This document shows positions 13,701 through 28,700 of a stretch of DNA of 64,000 nt, piece after piece. The translations under genes and the position numbers were made by a program. Within the stretch, counting starts at the first letter, position 1. Each line of letters starts with the position of its first letter. The notes beneath the pieces were generated by a model. The model was not told the origin of the DNA. It saw nothing but the letters and a program-made list of their open reading frames with translations, and did not search any database. Source of the stretch: Adineta vaga (lineage: Eukaryota > Animalia > Rotifera); NCBI GenBank assembly GCA_021613535.1, contig CP075493.1, forward strand, positions 186,001-250,000, written 5' to 3'.

Positions 13701-16700
13701 CAAAGATTCTACTTAAGATTCTGATGATGCGCATGAACAATAAAATCAGACCAGAAATAGCAAAAGAACAACATGGTTTCATGGCTGATAAGGGCACTAG
13801 GAATGCAATTTTCATTCTTCGAATGGTAATCGAAAGATCCATAGAAGTCAAATATGACATATATCTCTGCTTTCTCGACAACACAAAACCGCTTGACAAA
13901 GTTAAACATGACAACTTATTCGAAACTCTTGAAAAAATGGATATCGATGGCAAAGATCTCCGATTAATACGTAATCTTAATTGGGATCAAAAAGCTACCA
14001 TAAGGGTAAACATTAAGAGAGGTGTCAGAAAAGGTTGTATTCTATCTCCAGATCTCTTCAACATCTACAGTGAAATGATACTTAGAAATCTAGAAGATGT
14101 AGAAGGAATAAAAATTGGAGGTAATAATTGTAACAATATAAGATATTCAGACGACACTGTATTAATAGCCAGTAATGAACAAGATCTACAGAAAATGATT
14201 GATAGTCTCAAAAGAAAGTATATAGATGGGACTATCACTCAATACCAAGAAAAAAGAATGTGTGAGTATTTCAAAGAATAAAATTCTACCAACATGCAAC
14301 GTAAATATCAATGAAGAACCAATCAAACAAGTTGTTCGCTTCAATTATCTAAGATCTGTCATAACATCAGATGGACGATGTGATGACGATATCAAAAAGA
14401 GAATTGCTCTCTAAACAAGCATTCCAAAAGATGAGTCCAATTCTAAAAAATAGATCCACATCGATCAACACTGAAACTAGAGTTCTTAAATGTAACGTGT
14501 GGTCGGTTCTCTTATATGGATCTGGAAGTTGGGCAATCAGCAAAGAAATGGGGAAACGCTTAGAGGCTACTGAACTGTAGTTCCTAAGAAGGATGCTGAG
14601 TGTACCTCGGACGACAAGAGAAAGCAATGAATAAATATAAAATAGAACGAAATGGAAAAGATGTTTACCGAATAGCATCCGTTATAGGCAACTGAGATTC
14701 CTTCGGCATATAATCCGTAAAGGTTGCTTGTAACATCTGGTATTAGGCGGGAAAATCAACGGAAAGAAATACAAAGGCTGACCAAGAATCAAATACCTCG
14801 AAAAAATGAACATCTGAATTGAAAAATAAGGTTACGAAAAAACAGACTTGCTTCACGCAGCGCAGGACCGAAAAAATTGGCGTATCATATTACCCAATGT
14901 CTGCAACATATAAGGATCATACTACCAGGAAGGGTTAATTTACTATTTATGAAGTTTCGGCATCTTACTGACATACAAGCATCAGTATTTTTACTTTCGA
15001 TCAAAGTAAAAATTATCAGCTTATGAACGAGCTCATAACAAGGAAAAATAAACAATCGCTTTGATTTATTTCGTCAAACTATTGTATAAATATCAGTTTT
15101 ATAGGCGGTTTGCTAGTACAGTATCTTATTGTATCATCTACAGTACTTCTCCCTAATAACGACACTAAAATGAAAAGTTCTTCTGTTTTTATCCACGTTC
15201 ATCTATTTTACGACAGATTTCAAACAACTTTATATTTGGGGAATCTTTGCATGACGCTCTTTCGAATGATATATTTTCGCGGAGATATCACCGGTCTACG
15301 ATCATGATGTCTTGCTGTCGTTATCACGTGCTACTTCCATAATAACGACACCCAACTATTTTTTCACCCTAATAACGACACTCAAGCAAAATTTATGCTA
15401 AAAAAGAATCTTTTTCAGGAAAAAGTGTTTTTGACTGGTTTTACTCAGAAATCGATGGCAAGTTCCTTAGTCAACTTTGAAGATCGTCTTAAGTTCTACT
15501 TATATTTAGCAGTTCAGGTCGATTAAATCATGTCATAAGAGAATTCCAATATCAACAAAAATCATCTTGGATTGATGGAAAAAATAGACATTCTTAATAG
15601 CAACACCTAGCAAAATTTTTAACCCTAATAACGACAGTAAGCTGGTTTTGATCGTTCTAGTAATTCTAGCTAATTTTTCCTCTAATAGCGACCCTCAGCC
15701 AATTTTTGACCATAATAACAACGTCCAGCTATTTTTTTACTTCAATAACGACAATAAGCCGATTTTTCATCATCATATTGATTCTTGTTATAGTTGCTGA
15801 AGAATCTATCAACCTTTATTAGGGATGTGTCGTTATTAAGGACAAAAATTAGGTGGACGCCGTTATCAGAACGAAAAATCAGCTTACTGTCGTAATTAGG
15901 GTCAAAAATTAGCTGAGGGTCGCTATTAAGGATGTCTATTTTTTCCATCAATCCAAGATGATTTTTGTTGATATTGGAATTCTCTTATGACATGATTTAA
16001 TCGACCTGAACTGCTAGATATAAGTAGAACTTAAGACGATCTTCAAAGTTGACTAAGGAACTTGCCATCGATTTCTGAGTAAAACCAGTCAAAAACACTT
16101 TTTCCTGAAAAAGATTCTTTTTTAGCATAAATTTTGCTTGCGTGTCGTTGATAGGGAGAAGTACGGTACTAGTTGTGATGTAAAGATATCAATCAAATGT
16201 TTACTTTTAAAAACTACTTTGCACGAAAGATTGAAAGCTAATAAACCAGTAACTTACCGCGAGTGCATCCTGTCGCGACCAGTGGCCTACTGTTTGAATT
16301 TCTTGTTTCGTATCGGTCTCCTAGAAGAAAGAAGCGATAATATTTATTAGGTGAATGATGATCAAACAAAGTCTCTCGCTCTCTTACGAGTTGGTTTTCT
16401 ATAAGGAAAGTTTCTGGTGATCCATTTTCTTCTCTTCAGAAGAGATTGTGAATAATCTCGTTCAAATAAGAAAATAGTTCATGGTAAAGAAATACAGTTA
16501 TGGAAACAAATTCTCGCATAACAAATATGGTTTTGCTGGAAAACGTCGACAAGAGTAATGTCGAAAGAGAGGAATCTGGAGAAAGAAAACGCAATACCGA
16601 AAATATCGAAAAAGAAAAACGGGAAAAGTACAACATCAGAAATAAAAACGTCTTAAAAGAAAAGGACCGAAAATGAAAATGTCGAAATGATCAATGTATT

Positions 16701-19700
16701 CCTTATGCTACATCATAAATACTATGTTTTATTAATTTAGAATAGAAAAGACGAGAAAATTGAGAACGTAATAAGATCTTATTTTTTTTCTTTCCGATTC
16801 ATAATGATAAAACAGACCAGTTCTTTTGCGTTGATGTATTTCTTTAGAAAGTTGTAGTGTAGAGTATTAGATCTCATTTGAAAAGCTTTTATTTTTCTTG
16901 ATAGTACTGACGCAAATGCAGATGCATCAGCATCACATTGAATTGGAATATGTGTATTCACCTTGGCCTAATTGTGATAGTTGGAAAACAATATTATTCC
17001 AGGGGGTAATGGTGTGGTTTCTCATAGCATTAACAACAAGTTTCATGCTGAATTAAGCGCGTCAAAAAAAAGACTTCTCAAAACTAAATAGTAAGAACTA
17101 CGCCAATTTTTCAGTGTCAAATGCGAGACACTCCTAGACTCTGACGCTGTATTGACATAGGAGAGTTCCCCTTATGAGGTAGTTTAAACTAGATATCATT
17201 CAAAATGATAAATCTCACAAAGTAATATTTATTTTTTTTGAGAATTGACGAATATAATTAATGATTAGTATAACGACCATCGGCGTTCTTTCCAACACTA
17301 AAACGAAACGTATATGAATATAAAAAAAAGGTTTCACAGAATCCAATGTTTGCTTTCATGTTTGTTAAAACATCTGAAACATGCTTTTTCAAAGGTTTTT
17401 CGTGATAGCGATTTTGCTTCGTTTTTGATAGTATTTTTTTAACTCTAGTTTCGTTTATTGTTTCCATGTCTCCGACTCCGGCATCGATTACTTTGTAATA
17501 TTCTTCATTAGTGAGATCTAATGTGAATTACGTCGTAAAAGAAACTTTCCTATGGCCATATGGCATCAACATCTAGGAATTTCTTGAATTCGACACCGAG
17601 AGCTTAATACAGCTCTTACTATTTCATACCTATAAATCCTGTTTTTGATGTGCTTTAATCTGGTATAAACCTTGTTACCGATGCTGTTTGAAACTACAGC
17701 GTCACCCCCTGAAATAATATCAATTCCCATCCAGCATAAAACTCGAAATAGTCGGATGCTTTTTTGTGAAACACGATCTGAAAGAGAGTGTTGAAGTATT
17801 TTAGGATAGAAATTTGCACCCCCGCTCGCCCCCCCCCCCACAGACTTCAGCGACAGCTTAACTTGCCCCCTCACAGACATGACCGACAAGGTAAAAGAAC
17901 CTCACACACGTTACCGACAAGGTGAATAAACCTCACAGAGGTGACCGACACAAGCAGCGATTCATCACAGACGTTACCGACCGGGGGCGATCATCTATCA
18001 CGGACGTTACCGACAGACTCACTGATTTCATCACAGACGTGACCAACAGACTGACAACCCCATCACAGCGTTACGGGCAGACGCAGTGAGCCCATGTTAA
18101 GGGTGCGGACGCAGTTGAGAGTAGCTTGTTTATATTTTAGATTTACCCACAGTCACCCTCGTTCATTCACACCCTCTATTCATTTATCTGTGAAAATTAA
18201 CACAGATAACTCAGATTTTGGCAATAATCTAAACACAGAACAATTATCGATTAGAGATCTCCGTTGCAATTATATCAACAGATTTATCGTGTTTCACATT
18301 TTTAATCCCACAAGGGATTACGCTGAAAGCTTTTGATAACCAAGTTGCAAATCGCATAGTTTACCTTTGTCATCTGTGGCGAATGATATAGCAATTTGAT
18401 CATTTTTAAATTCACTATTTTCAGAAGCTGAGTCTATGACTATTTTGATGATATATCTATTTAACGTTAGAAAATTTCTTTATTCCATGTAGAATAAAGT
18501 GTGCTGGTGGGATGAAGGCATGGGCGGGATCGCCCCAGTGTCGGTCCCGAGACAGAAAATAAAATATCTGTTTAGGTCGAGCCTGGGATAGAGATCTAAT
18601 TTTTTCTACCTGGTCCCGCAAAGTTGAAGGCTTCCTGTACAATCACACGGCAGATTTCGTTTATAGATCCGTTGATTGGAATGAGAAGAGAAAAATCTTA
18701 CAAGGGAACATTCCTAAGTGCCCATTCGCTTTCGAGCAGAGACTGTGCATCTTTTAGACCTTGTTAAATTATGTCCATCCATAAAAGAGTTCATGCCCGA
18801 TGATTGTTTTCGCAGAGATATCGACGTTTTCATAGAATTCCTTTATAGAACCTTACATTTGACAGTATAGTCATACTTTCGAATTTTGATCCGAAACTCC
18901 GTCTACATAAATGACTTAGCTGTACCAGTTTGTACAAAAACTTTTAGGACGTTCGAGTTAACTATATGTGAGATATGGAAGTTTAAAAGACATGCTTGGT
19001 TTATACACTATTTGTGACAAACAGCCCATATGTTGATACCTTTATGTCTGACATATACTTTGCTCAAAAGTTCTGAAATTTTTTGTACAAACTGGTACAG
19101 CTAAGTCATTTATATAGACGGCGTTTCGGATCAAAATTCGAAAGTATGACTATGCTACCAAATGTAAGGTTCTATAAAGGAATTCTATGAAAACGTCGAT
19201 ATCTCTGCGAAAACAATCATCGGGCATGAACTCTTTTATGGATGGACATAATTTATCAAGGTCTAAAAGATGCACAGTCTCCACTCGAAACCGAATGGGC
19301 ACTTAGGGATGTTCCTTTGTTAGAAATTCTATATACGCACACGTTTTGATTATCGTATATTTGAGTAAGATCGTGTTTTGTATAGGCAAAACAGCATAAT
19401 GAACCACTCCCAGAATAATTACAGTAAAGTAATGAGCGCCGAAAGAAGTGTTGTAATGATGTGGAATGCTCTTCAACATTGTATATCAACAGAAAAGGGT
19501 ATACAACGTTGTATTAGCGTCAGAAAATTTTTCAATCTCTGTCATCAAACTTTTATGGAGACGCCGACTAGAATCCGAACTGGAGTAAAGAACGTTTCGG
19601 GATTGTGACTAAATAAATGCGGAAACTTTGGACTTTATCTGAAAGTTACGTGTATTGCAAAAAGTGTATGAAATAGAACATATAGGGAAGTCATGGAGGG

Positions 19701-22700
19701 ATATCAGTATTTTTTCAATAATTCAGGGACAGTTCGCCCAATCAGACTCATCTTCGAAATCGATCGAGATATTTATGTGACAATACTCTCTAGAAAATTT
19801 CATCACAACTAAATTAACCTTTCAGGAGTTATCATGTAAACGAACGGATGGACGGACACATTGATTGATTCTAGTAGTGCGTTCACTTTTTCCATATGCT
19901 AGAAAAAGTTAGACGTTTCATATCTCTTGTCAATAACATGTTGTTGATACTTTGATCATGTTCAGTTGAAGCCTACCATTTTAAAAAATTGTGTTTTTGA
20001 ATGGATTCCTACACTTTACACCATCTAGCATATTTTTAATGCCTTTGGTAAAGCTAACCAACAGAAAGCTGACTTGGGTGAAATTTCAACCAGGACAGCC
20101 TTCCCCACCGCCTACTTATGTGGCAATACTCTCTTCAACTTGCCCTAGGCCTAGGAAAGTACCATGGAAAGTTTAGTGACCTCAGCTATTACAGGAATTG
20201 AATGAATGGCGAACAGGCAGACGAATATTCTACTTTATATAGAGATATTAAGGAATTTTTCTGTAAATCAACAATGGTACAAACGATTGAGCTCATCTTC
20301 AAACTCGAATGAGATATGGACGAGATGATGCTGTGTACAAAGTTTCATGACAATTGGATCAGTCTTTGAAGAGTTATCGTGTAAACGGACGGACACATTG
20401 ACCGACTCCAGTAGTGTAATCACTTTTTGAGTACACAACAACTTTGATAATGACATTTTTCAAAATTATTTGGTGTTTTATTTTCGATGTTTCCTTTCTG
20501 ACTTTTTTTCAATCTTTTGTTACCCACGACTTGAAAGTGTTGAAGTGTTTAAGGGTAAAAATTTGGACTCCCTACGCTCCCCTCCCCCACAGACAACTAC
20601 CGATACTGTTCACAGGGTGCTGGTCCTTGTAAAGCATCATAGTCCGTTACCGACGTCTTAACTAATTAATTAACTGTTCAGTACAGATCGTAATAGAAAA
20701 AGCTCTTGTGATAGTGAGGGCGTCAAAAAAACGGTCTGGAGGACATAATATACTGTGACAGACAGGTTCGTGGTACAACAAAGGTCATTCATAACTCAGG
20801 TTTAGTTAAAATACTCACGAAGCACCTTCTCGTCGGACTTCTACGGTATAAAGTAAGGGAAAAGTTTGAGCCATATCTATATATATTGGGTTGTCAACAA
20901 AGTTCTGTCGTTTTTTTCTAAAATCATGTAGAATAACCTAGAAAGTTCTAGAAGTTTCCATACTAAGGGTATATATATATATAGGACATGAATGTCTTTC
21001 GAATGATAAAAAAATCATCGATATGGACGTTGATGTCGAATCAGAAATAAATCTTTCTCATAGAGAGATTCGGGTGCTTTTACTTCATGAATTTCGTTTG
21101 GGTCACAAAGCAACGGAAGCAGCCAACAACATATGCGGCACGATGGGTCAGGGTCTAGTCTCCACTCGTACCGCGCAACGTTGGTTCAATAATTTCAAGA
21201 ATGGGGATTTAGAACTCGACGATGCACCTCGATCCGGTCGACCAATGGAACTGGATGTGGATTTTCTAAAGCAGCTTATCGAACAAGATCCTCGATCGAC
21301 TTTACGGTGTTTAGCAGAGCAGCTTGGGTGTTCTCATACTACGGTGGAAAAACATCTGAAAGAATTAGGCAAGACCTGAAAATATGGAGTATGGATACCT
21401 CATGAATTATCGTCACATCAACTGCAACAGAGAGTTGATACATGTATGGATTTAATCACATCTCATCGCAACTATCAATTGTTATCCAATCTGATTACTG
21501 GCGATGAGAAGTGGGTGTTGTATGTTAATTACACGCGTGGACGTCAGTGGTTGAGCACTGGTCAAACAGGCGTAGCAACACCGCAGACTGATCCACATCC
21601 TAAGAAGTTGATGCTGAGTGTCTGGTGGAGTATTAAAGGAGTTATTCATTGGGAAATTCTACCAAATGGTTACACCATCACTGCTGATCTGTACTGTCAA
21701 CAATTGGATCGGGTTGCAGAGAAACTCAAAGGAAAGCAGGATCGAGTTTATTTTTTACATGATAACGCAAGACCACACATTGCAAAGTTGACCCGTGAAA
21801 AATTATTGAAGCTTGGTTGGATTACGGTTCCTCATCCACCTTATTCTCCTGACTTGGCTCCAACAGACTACCATTTGTTTCGTTCTCTTTCGAATGATTT
21901 ACATGATAAAAAGTTCAAAGACGAAAGCGATGTCAAAACGGAGCATGTCAAGTTCTTTGATGAAAAATCTCAGGACTTCTACGAGCGCGGGATCATGTCT
22001 CTGCCAGAACGTTAGCGACAAGTGGTAGATAGTAATGGTAAATATATATCTGAAAACTAGTTGTACTTTTGAAGTGAAAAAACAAAAATAAAATTTTTGA
22101 AAAAAACGCCAAAACTTTGTTGACAATCTAATATATATATATATGAATAGACAAATTTTTACTAAAGTAGCAACAATGCGTGTATCGTGTCTCACATTTT
22201 AATCCCACCAAGGATTGCTCTAAAAGTTTTTCGTCTTAGATGTTTCTTTTTATTTCGACGTTTCCCTTGTCGACACTTTTCTTTTTTGTTTGTTCTTCGA
22301 CGTTTTCCAACAACCCCATAAATATCATATATAAAACCACCATGATTCAGACAGATCATTAATTCAAAAACTTCGAAAAATCCTTTAAAATTAATGCGTA
22401 CGTAGGCGAGAAAGGAAGCAAAATATGTCGTACTGGATAATAAATTTCAGTCTAATTGATTCTGTATCAGCTCTTATTTTAACAATTTTTTTTGACAAAG
22501 AAATACTTGTAAAAGTCAGCAACGCAAGCAACGCAAGCAATTAAATGATATTTAATTATTGCAAGAGATGAAGCTTCAATAATTACCCGAATGCTTAACG
22601 AGGCCATCAAGAATAGGTACTAGAGCTCGAACCAAGCTTCGAACTGATGGATTGTCGAAGAGCGTTGCAGCTTTAATGGATACATTAAATCGTTGCTGAA

Positions 22701-25700
22701 TTAAAATAATTACTTTCATGACTCCGACTGAACTCCCACCTAGTTCAGTAAATGAAGCATTCGAACTAAATGAACTGGCAACGATCTCTGAAAGCGAGAA
22801 AGCATCGACAAAGATTTGACGCAGTTCATGTTCAAGCTGTTCATCCTCTGGCGTGGTAGCAGACCTAGAATTTCATAACAAAGCCGTTACAACCATTAGT
22901 GCCATCGTATGTTACAATTAAAAGTATATTTTTAAACGCACTACAATCTCTTAAGTCAACTGCATAAAGAGGAAAATATGAACATTCTTCTGTTTCTAAT
23001 CATTACCAAACTTAATACTTTAGCTTTCATTTGTGTGCGTCACAACGTGTTTTTTTGAAATTTTTGCTCGAAAAGAAATCTCAAGAGTCGATTATGACAG
23101 CTTTTGTTTATAACTATACGTAAGATGCATCAAATGCAAAATTCGAGCAACTTGTTTTTTTTGCTGGCTGTTTTGCATGGATCGATAGAGCTCGACGAAC
23201 TCTGCAAAACTGTATACGTGAAACAAATTTTTAAATCTTCTTATAGAGGACAACTTCAAAAATCTGTCTAAAAATTTGAGGAACAACCGTATTTTTATAT
23301 ATAAAAAAGGGTAATTTCTGAGCAATTTCGCTATTTTTCAATGTTTCCGTTACGGAAGTCATTTGAAAATAGCCCCATTCGATCTGTCGTGTCAAGCTGC
23401 ATATGCTGATACCAAATTTTATATGCTTTTGTGAAATCTTTCTAAACAGATATTTCTTTTAAGGAAACGTTTCTATTCAAAATCAACTAACCTACACTAA
23501 AAATCTATGCAGCTACACATGAACTCCTGTAACGATAATGATATCGTTCATCTCTTTCTGTTCTCTATTCTCTCACCTCTATATCATATTGTCTCCGGGT
23601 CATCTCTCTCTTTCCTCTTCTCTATATAAACGTGTGTCTTATTGTGAAATCGGCACATTCTGGTCATGTAGAGTAGTCAATAAACATCATACCGTGAGAG
23701 GCGGTTAGCTACTCAACCAGTTTGTCGTTACAACTCCGTCACTAGAATCATAATCCGGTGATTTTTGTACCGGTCGCAAGTCCGGAAAAAGGAGGGGCGT
23801 TAAACAGAAGGGGTTCAGATACCGTCCTTTTGTAAAAATGAAAAGACGAAAGAAACCAACCATGAACGGTCATATTCCGCTATTATACCGGTTTGAACGT
23901 CGCCCGGGTGAACAATATCAACACTAGCAACAACATACAAGCCAATTTTCAACAAAATAAAACTAGCAAAGAATGTCTTTACAATAGGTACATGAAATGT
24001 ACGAACACTATGGACAAGTTGCAAACTGGAATTATTCAGAAATGAAATGAAATGAATCGATACAGATATAATACTAGTGGCATTTCAAAAGTGAGTTGGG
24101 CATGTAAAGGTGAAACAGCAAATGGTGATTTTATTTGGTCAGGTGAAAGTAGCGCACATATCAGAGGAGTGGGCATGCTACTCAGCACAAGAGCTCAAAG
24201 AACACTGATGAGCACAATCCAATAAATTCAAGATTAATCACAGCAAGATTCATGGCAATACCATTCAACATAACAGTAATCAATGTATACGGTCCAACAT
24301 CTGAAGCCTCAAAAGATGATATCGAAACATTCTACGACAACATAAAAGATGCAATATTAAAAACTCCGAAAAAAGATATACTTATTATAACTGGTGATTC
24401 GAATGCAAAGGTACGCGATAACAATGTGGACTGAGAATGTGCAATGGATAAGTACGGTTATGGGAGACAAAATGAACATGGTGAACAACTATTAGAATTC
24501 GTAACATCACACAACTTATTCATTTTCAACACAGAATTTCAACAAAAACCAAATTGGAAGTAGACATGGAAATCACCGGATGGTACACACAAGAATATGG
24601 TTGCTGTAATTCTTATTCAACAGCGCTGGAAATAATCAGTCATCAGCTGTAGATCATTTCAAGGAGCTGATATCAACTCCGATCATTCCTTAGTTTTGTG
24701 CAACATAAAACTAAGATTGAAAAATCTACCGACAAAACCAAAACAAAGCGGACGACCTAATACAAAGCAACTCAATGACTCAACAACACGACACTTATAC
24801 TAGATCCAACTCGAAAATCTTCTGAACAACATGGACATCAATTGCAATATCAACGAAGATGCTCTACAAATTGAATAAGCAACCAAAGAAGCAACACAAA
24901 CAAACACAACAACCCAAAGGTAGTCAAGAAACCCTAGATTTCTCTTCACACATTTAGTTTAGCCGAAGAAAAGCGAAAGGCAAAACAAACAAAAAAACCG
25001 CTCGTCAACCGCCAATCAAAAATACATAAACCTCTGCAACCAACTGAAGAAATCACCGAGAATGGACAAAACAACTGGATTTAACAACAATGCGAAGCAA
25101 TTCAAAAGGCACTAGCAGTAGGGAACAGCAAGCAAGCATATCAACTGGTGAATCTATTAAAGAAAAAATATGTACCAGAATTGAATATTATCAAAAATCT
25201 CGATGGTTCATTATCACAAACAAGACAAGAAGTAATGCGAACTTGGACAACATACTGAACCAAATTATACCAAGATAATCGTGGTGATGGCAACAAAATG
25301 GCAGAAGAATTAGAAAACATAACCTCATCAGTCAACGACGATTCAAATGGTATTTTGTATAGTGAAATGGAAGAAGTCATAAACAAGCTAAAGAAAAACA
25401 AGAGCCCAGGTAACGATGGCATTACGGCCGAAATGCTTCAGGCTGGAGAAGAAAGTCTGAAACGCAAAATACATGCGCTGTGAAACAGAGTATGGGACGA
25501 GGAAAATATTCTTGAGCAATGGGGGGAGATGAGTATTAATACCAATCCCTAAGAAAGGAGACCTCAGTCAATGCTCGAATTACAGAACAATCTCTCTCAT
25601 TAACTATACGAAGAAAGTTCTACTTATGGTGTTTTTAAACAGACTAGAACATCATCTAGATCCATACTTGTCAGAAGAACAAGCCGGGTTAGAAAGGACC

Positions 25701-28700
25701 GAAGCGCAGTTCAACAAATTTTAATACAGACTTCTAACATAAAAAGCGAAACGCAATAGCAAGAAAATTTACATTTGTTTCAATAACTTTCAAAAGGCCT
25801 TCGACACAATCAAACACAAAATTATATGCACAGTTCTCAGATCGTCCGGTGTAAACAACAAGGTGATAAAATTATTACAAAAGATATATCGAAAGTCACG
25901 ATCAGCAGTTCGAATAAAAACGGACCTTGGTGAATGGTTTGAGTCAAGCGTTAGGACCAGACAAGGGGACCTTTTGTCACCACTTCTGTTCATTGCCTAT
26001 TTAGAAAGAATAATGGATCAAACAACATTAAAAACCAACGGAATCAACGTCGGTGGAGCAGTTATTAACAATCTAAGATTTGCCGATGATATTGATCTTC
26101 TGAGCGAAGATTATGTCACTCTAGAACCAAATCGAACAACTCACAAAAGCGGCAGAGGAAGTTGGTCTCGTGGTGAATATTAAGAAAACAAAGACAATGG
26201 TGTTTGGGGATAAAAATATTGATAAACAAGTCGAAGTCAACGGTGAACCAATTGAAAATGTAGAAGAGTTCGAGTATTTGGAAAGTTTATTAACATGGGA
26301 CAATAATTGCTCGAAAGAAATAAGAAGAAGAAGCAACAAAGCAACTGGTGTAATGGCAAATATGAAGCATACAGTATGTAGGCAACTGGTAAACTAACAA
26401 CCGAAAGTAAGATAAAGCTGTTGACAATGTGCGTTTTTAGTGTAATTCTCTATGCCTCGGAAATGTCGGCAATAAAAGAGGCTCACAAACCAAAACTATC
26501 GGCTTTCGAAATGCGATGCTAGCACCACGGAGCTAGCACGAAAAACAAAGATTTAGCTAAAATATTTTCTAAAATGAATTCCCGTCCCTAAAAACTAGCC
26601 CATTCCATTCAGAATTTAATTCTGCATCAAATGGTGATACTTTTATTCATGGGAAAACGATTGGGAAATTTTCAGCTAGATTTTTTCTTCTATACAGGAG
26701 AAGAATACAGATCTAGGTAATTTTTTTCCAACCGTTTTCCCATGAATAAAAGTATTATCATTCGATACAGCATTAAATTCTCAATCGAACGGACTAGTTT
26801 TTTTTATGGGCGAGAATTCATTTTTAGAATTTTTTTATATAAGTCGTTTTGTTTTGTGCTAGCTCCGTGGTGCTAGCTTCACACCGATAGAATACTTCGA
26901 ACACGTTGGACAGATATGGTGAGGAATGTCGCTATACGAAAACAGGGTGTGGTTGTGGGTGTGAAAGAAGAAGTGACACCCACACCCACACCCTCAAGAT
27001 GGTATCTGATCGGATATTCGCCGGATTCTGACCATCGAATTTTGTAGAACTTGATGCAGACTTTATATCATCTCTTTGGTCAACATAATAATGAGTAAAC
27101 ACGCACTATTGAGGATAGTTGTCCCTAAAGGAGATAAATACGGAGTGTCTTCAAAGAAATATCAATAAAAAAGATACAAGAAGATGTTAGGCCGTCATCA
27201 GATATATCTTATAGTGATGGTTACTACTGTAGTTGTCGAAAACCTCGAAACTATATGATATCATCACCATATAAAAACTTACCCGAAACCAATGGATTTT
27301 TCTGCTGACATTGTAGACGTGCCAGTGCGTGGTAACGGTGAGAAGTTTTTTCGATCGATTTTTCCTACACTTAGGTGCGGAAATGCATTATATACTTTCC
27401 ACGCTGCCGGTACCATGAACGGGGGCAAATTTTTCCGGCAGAATGTTTCGAGTTGACGAATGAATTCAATATGTTTTGCTGAACTGACAGTTGGCGCAAG
27501 AATATGACATGATAAATATTCGTCACTTCCACTACTACCAAGAGCAACTCCACCTTCCTTTCGTACAACGCAGGCTGCAACTTGATCAGTTGCTCTGATA
27601 ACCGTTCGCTCAACCTCTTCTGGTGCCACTAATTGTCCAAAAATTTTCACGCGAAAGTCCTCACGACCAAGAAGTATGATTTCTCCAGCACTATTGTAAC
27701 GCGCCAAATCACCAGTGCGCATAAACAAACCTGGTCCCACACTAGGTAGTGGCACTTTCACTTTAGCAGTAAGATCATCCTGACCACGGTATCCTTTAAA
27801 GACGGCTGGATCTTAAAAATAAAAATAAAAGTTTACTAATACCTGACTATTAGAAAACAGATTTTATAGCGGTGATTTGGTATCCCAGAGTATTTGTACG
27901 TCTGTCTATTTGTCAAAAACATAGTTATATAAGCAGCAGTCTTCTTGATATATAATGTATCAGACGTAAATGATTTCAATATGTCTACGGTAAAGTAGTT
28001 TTTGAGGATCTTGTAGATCGATCTGGTTTCTGATGTTTGATAGCAAACACATCGTAAGAAACTGGTTGGTTAAGCTGACAAATACTCTCACCTGAAAGAC
28101 TTAGTTACAAATCGGCCCAACAACTGCTTTGATGAAAATAGATAGAGTCAGCATGAATGATTAGTTAGTCAGGCCAATTTTAGAAACGGTGTCAAAATGA
28201 CTATCTACTTTACCCTGAAGAAAAGTTGCAGCCCCCGTGAACAGGATCTATAGAGACCATTGTAGACAGATCGAAATGACTAAAAGTAAGTATTGTGCGG
28301 AACAAGATGCAAGAAAATGGCCTCCTTGCGGCTGCTACTTGTTTGGGTGGCAAACTTTCGATCATTCCAACTGACATACATCAGGCACGTAGCCAGAAAT
28401 TTTTTTTTGAGGGAGGCATTGACTATAGCGATAGTTTGAGAGCCTAAAAATGCTAACAACATCGATATCTTTTTCAAAATTTTACGAAAAAATGTTAAAA
28501 TATTCAAGAATATTTAGGGAATTTTCAGAGATTTTTGAAAGATTTTTAAAAATTGATTGAAAATTTTTTACATTTTTAAGGATTTTGTTCGAAATTTTGT
28601 GAAAAAGATGTTTTGGAAGGTTCCTAAAAACTTTTCGACAACTCGAAGAATACCTCTAAAACTTTAAAACAAAGTATTATTTCACTTGACAGAAAAAAAA

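Larger units (their letters stand above)
16529..22317. mobile_element. Probable Mutator-like element containing nested insertions
   Basis: TIRs GGTTTTGCTGGAAAACGTCGA / GGGGTTGTTGGAAAACGTCGA; 8-bp flanks ACAAATAT / ATAAATAT (1 mismatch). Confidence 0.55.

Noticed and set aside
13330-13953. Minus-strand ORFs over the LINE, and similar antisense ORFs over ACSL, the NRPS and the transposases
   Set aside because: Antisense shadows of real coding sequence.
17838-18080. CRISPR array
   Set aside because: Repeats and linkers are too short, the repeats are degenerate, and the context is eukaryotic with no cas genes.
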